From: Octopus sinensis
Taxonomy: Eukaryota
Assembly (NCBI RefSeq): GCF_006345805.1
Contig: NC_043000.1
Location: 11,408,001-11,472,000, forward strand
Length of the DNA: 64,000 nt
Direction: 5' to 3'
The notes beneath the pieces are model-generated. The model searched no databases. It was not told the origin of the DNA and worked only from the letters and a program-made list of their open reading frames with translations. A program made the position numbers and the translations under genes. Of the stretch, positions 63,431 through 64,000 are shown piece after piece. How positions within the stretch are numbered: the stretch's first letter is position 1; every line of letters begins with the position of its first letter.

Positions 63431-64000
63431 TTCCTCTGTGTGTGTGTGTGTGTGTGAACCTCATAAGTTTTATGTTCTTTTTCTCATGCTTGCATCAGTT
63501 GGATGGGTCCTTTGTAACACACTGGCTCTTTGTATGCATAGACATATTCATATACAAAACAATGTAACTTCCAATGTTGGCTTTAGTTTCTAGAGTAAAC
63601 CTGTTAAAATAACTTTAAAAAGTGGTTAATTATTGTTGTACATTAGCCTCACATAAAGTCTTTATTCACTCTCAGTGGGCCTGTGATCCCAGTATACATT
63701 TTTATTTCTTTATTGCCCACAAGGGGCTAAACATAGAGAGGACAAACAAAGACAGACAAAGGGAATAAGTCAATTAGATCGACCCCAGAACGCAACTGGT
63801 ACTTAATTTATTGACCTCGAAAGGATGAAAGGCAAAGTCGACCTCGGCAGAATTTGAACTCAGAACATAAAGACAGACGAAATACCACTTAGCATTTCGC
63901 CCAGCATGCTAACATTTCTGCCAGCTCCTTGCCTTGAGTATACATTCTGTGCACCTGGAGTCCCTCTCTACTCCTTTCCTGCATATTGAGTACATCTATT

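Overview
AT-rich, microsatellite- and transposon-dense eukaryotic (animal) genomic DNA. The repeat repertoire looks like an octopus (coleoid cephalopod) genome; this is inference from family resemblance. Almost all ORFs in the supplied track are artefacts of simple repeats or transposon fragments. Mobile DNA found: RTE-clade LINEs (one ~3.7 kb copy at 41.6-45.3 kb with endonuclease and YADD RT motifs, plus many 3' fragments ending in (GAT)n), a nested BovB-like RTE, R4/Dong-like elements stacked in (TAA)n, Tx1/L1 and CR1 fragments, several tRNA-derived SINE families, piggyBac-type and hAT-type MITEs, and Helitron remnants. About 22.9-43.7 kb is a noisy tandem multiplication of a ~4-5 kb unit, possibly partly an assembly artefact. 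A clean 548-549 bp tandem array sits at 45.9-48.0 kb. The best non-repeat signal is a minus-strand micro-exon gene missed by the ORF track (exons at 10.2, 8.2, 6.7, 5.2 and probably 4.5 kb, all joined in phase 1), encoding a ~99-aa signal-peptide-bearing, putatively secreted glycoprotein. Also notable are minimal hammerhead-ribozyme motifs (7.9, 16.1, 49.8, 50.2-50.35 kb), including a 143-nt tandem pair resembling a Penelope pLTR or retrozyme, a plus-strand terminal-exon candidate with a GPI-signal-like tail (56.7 kb), and many long inverted repeats.
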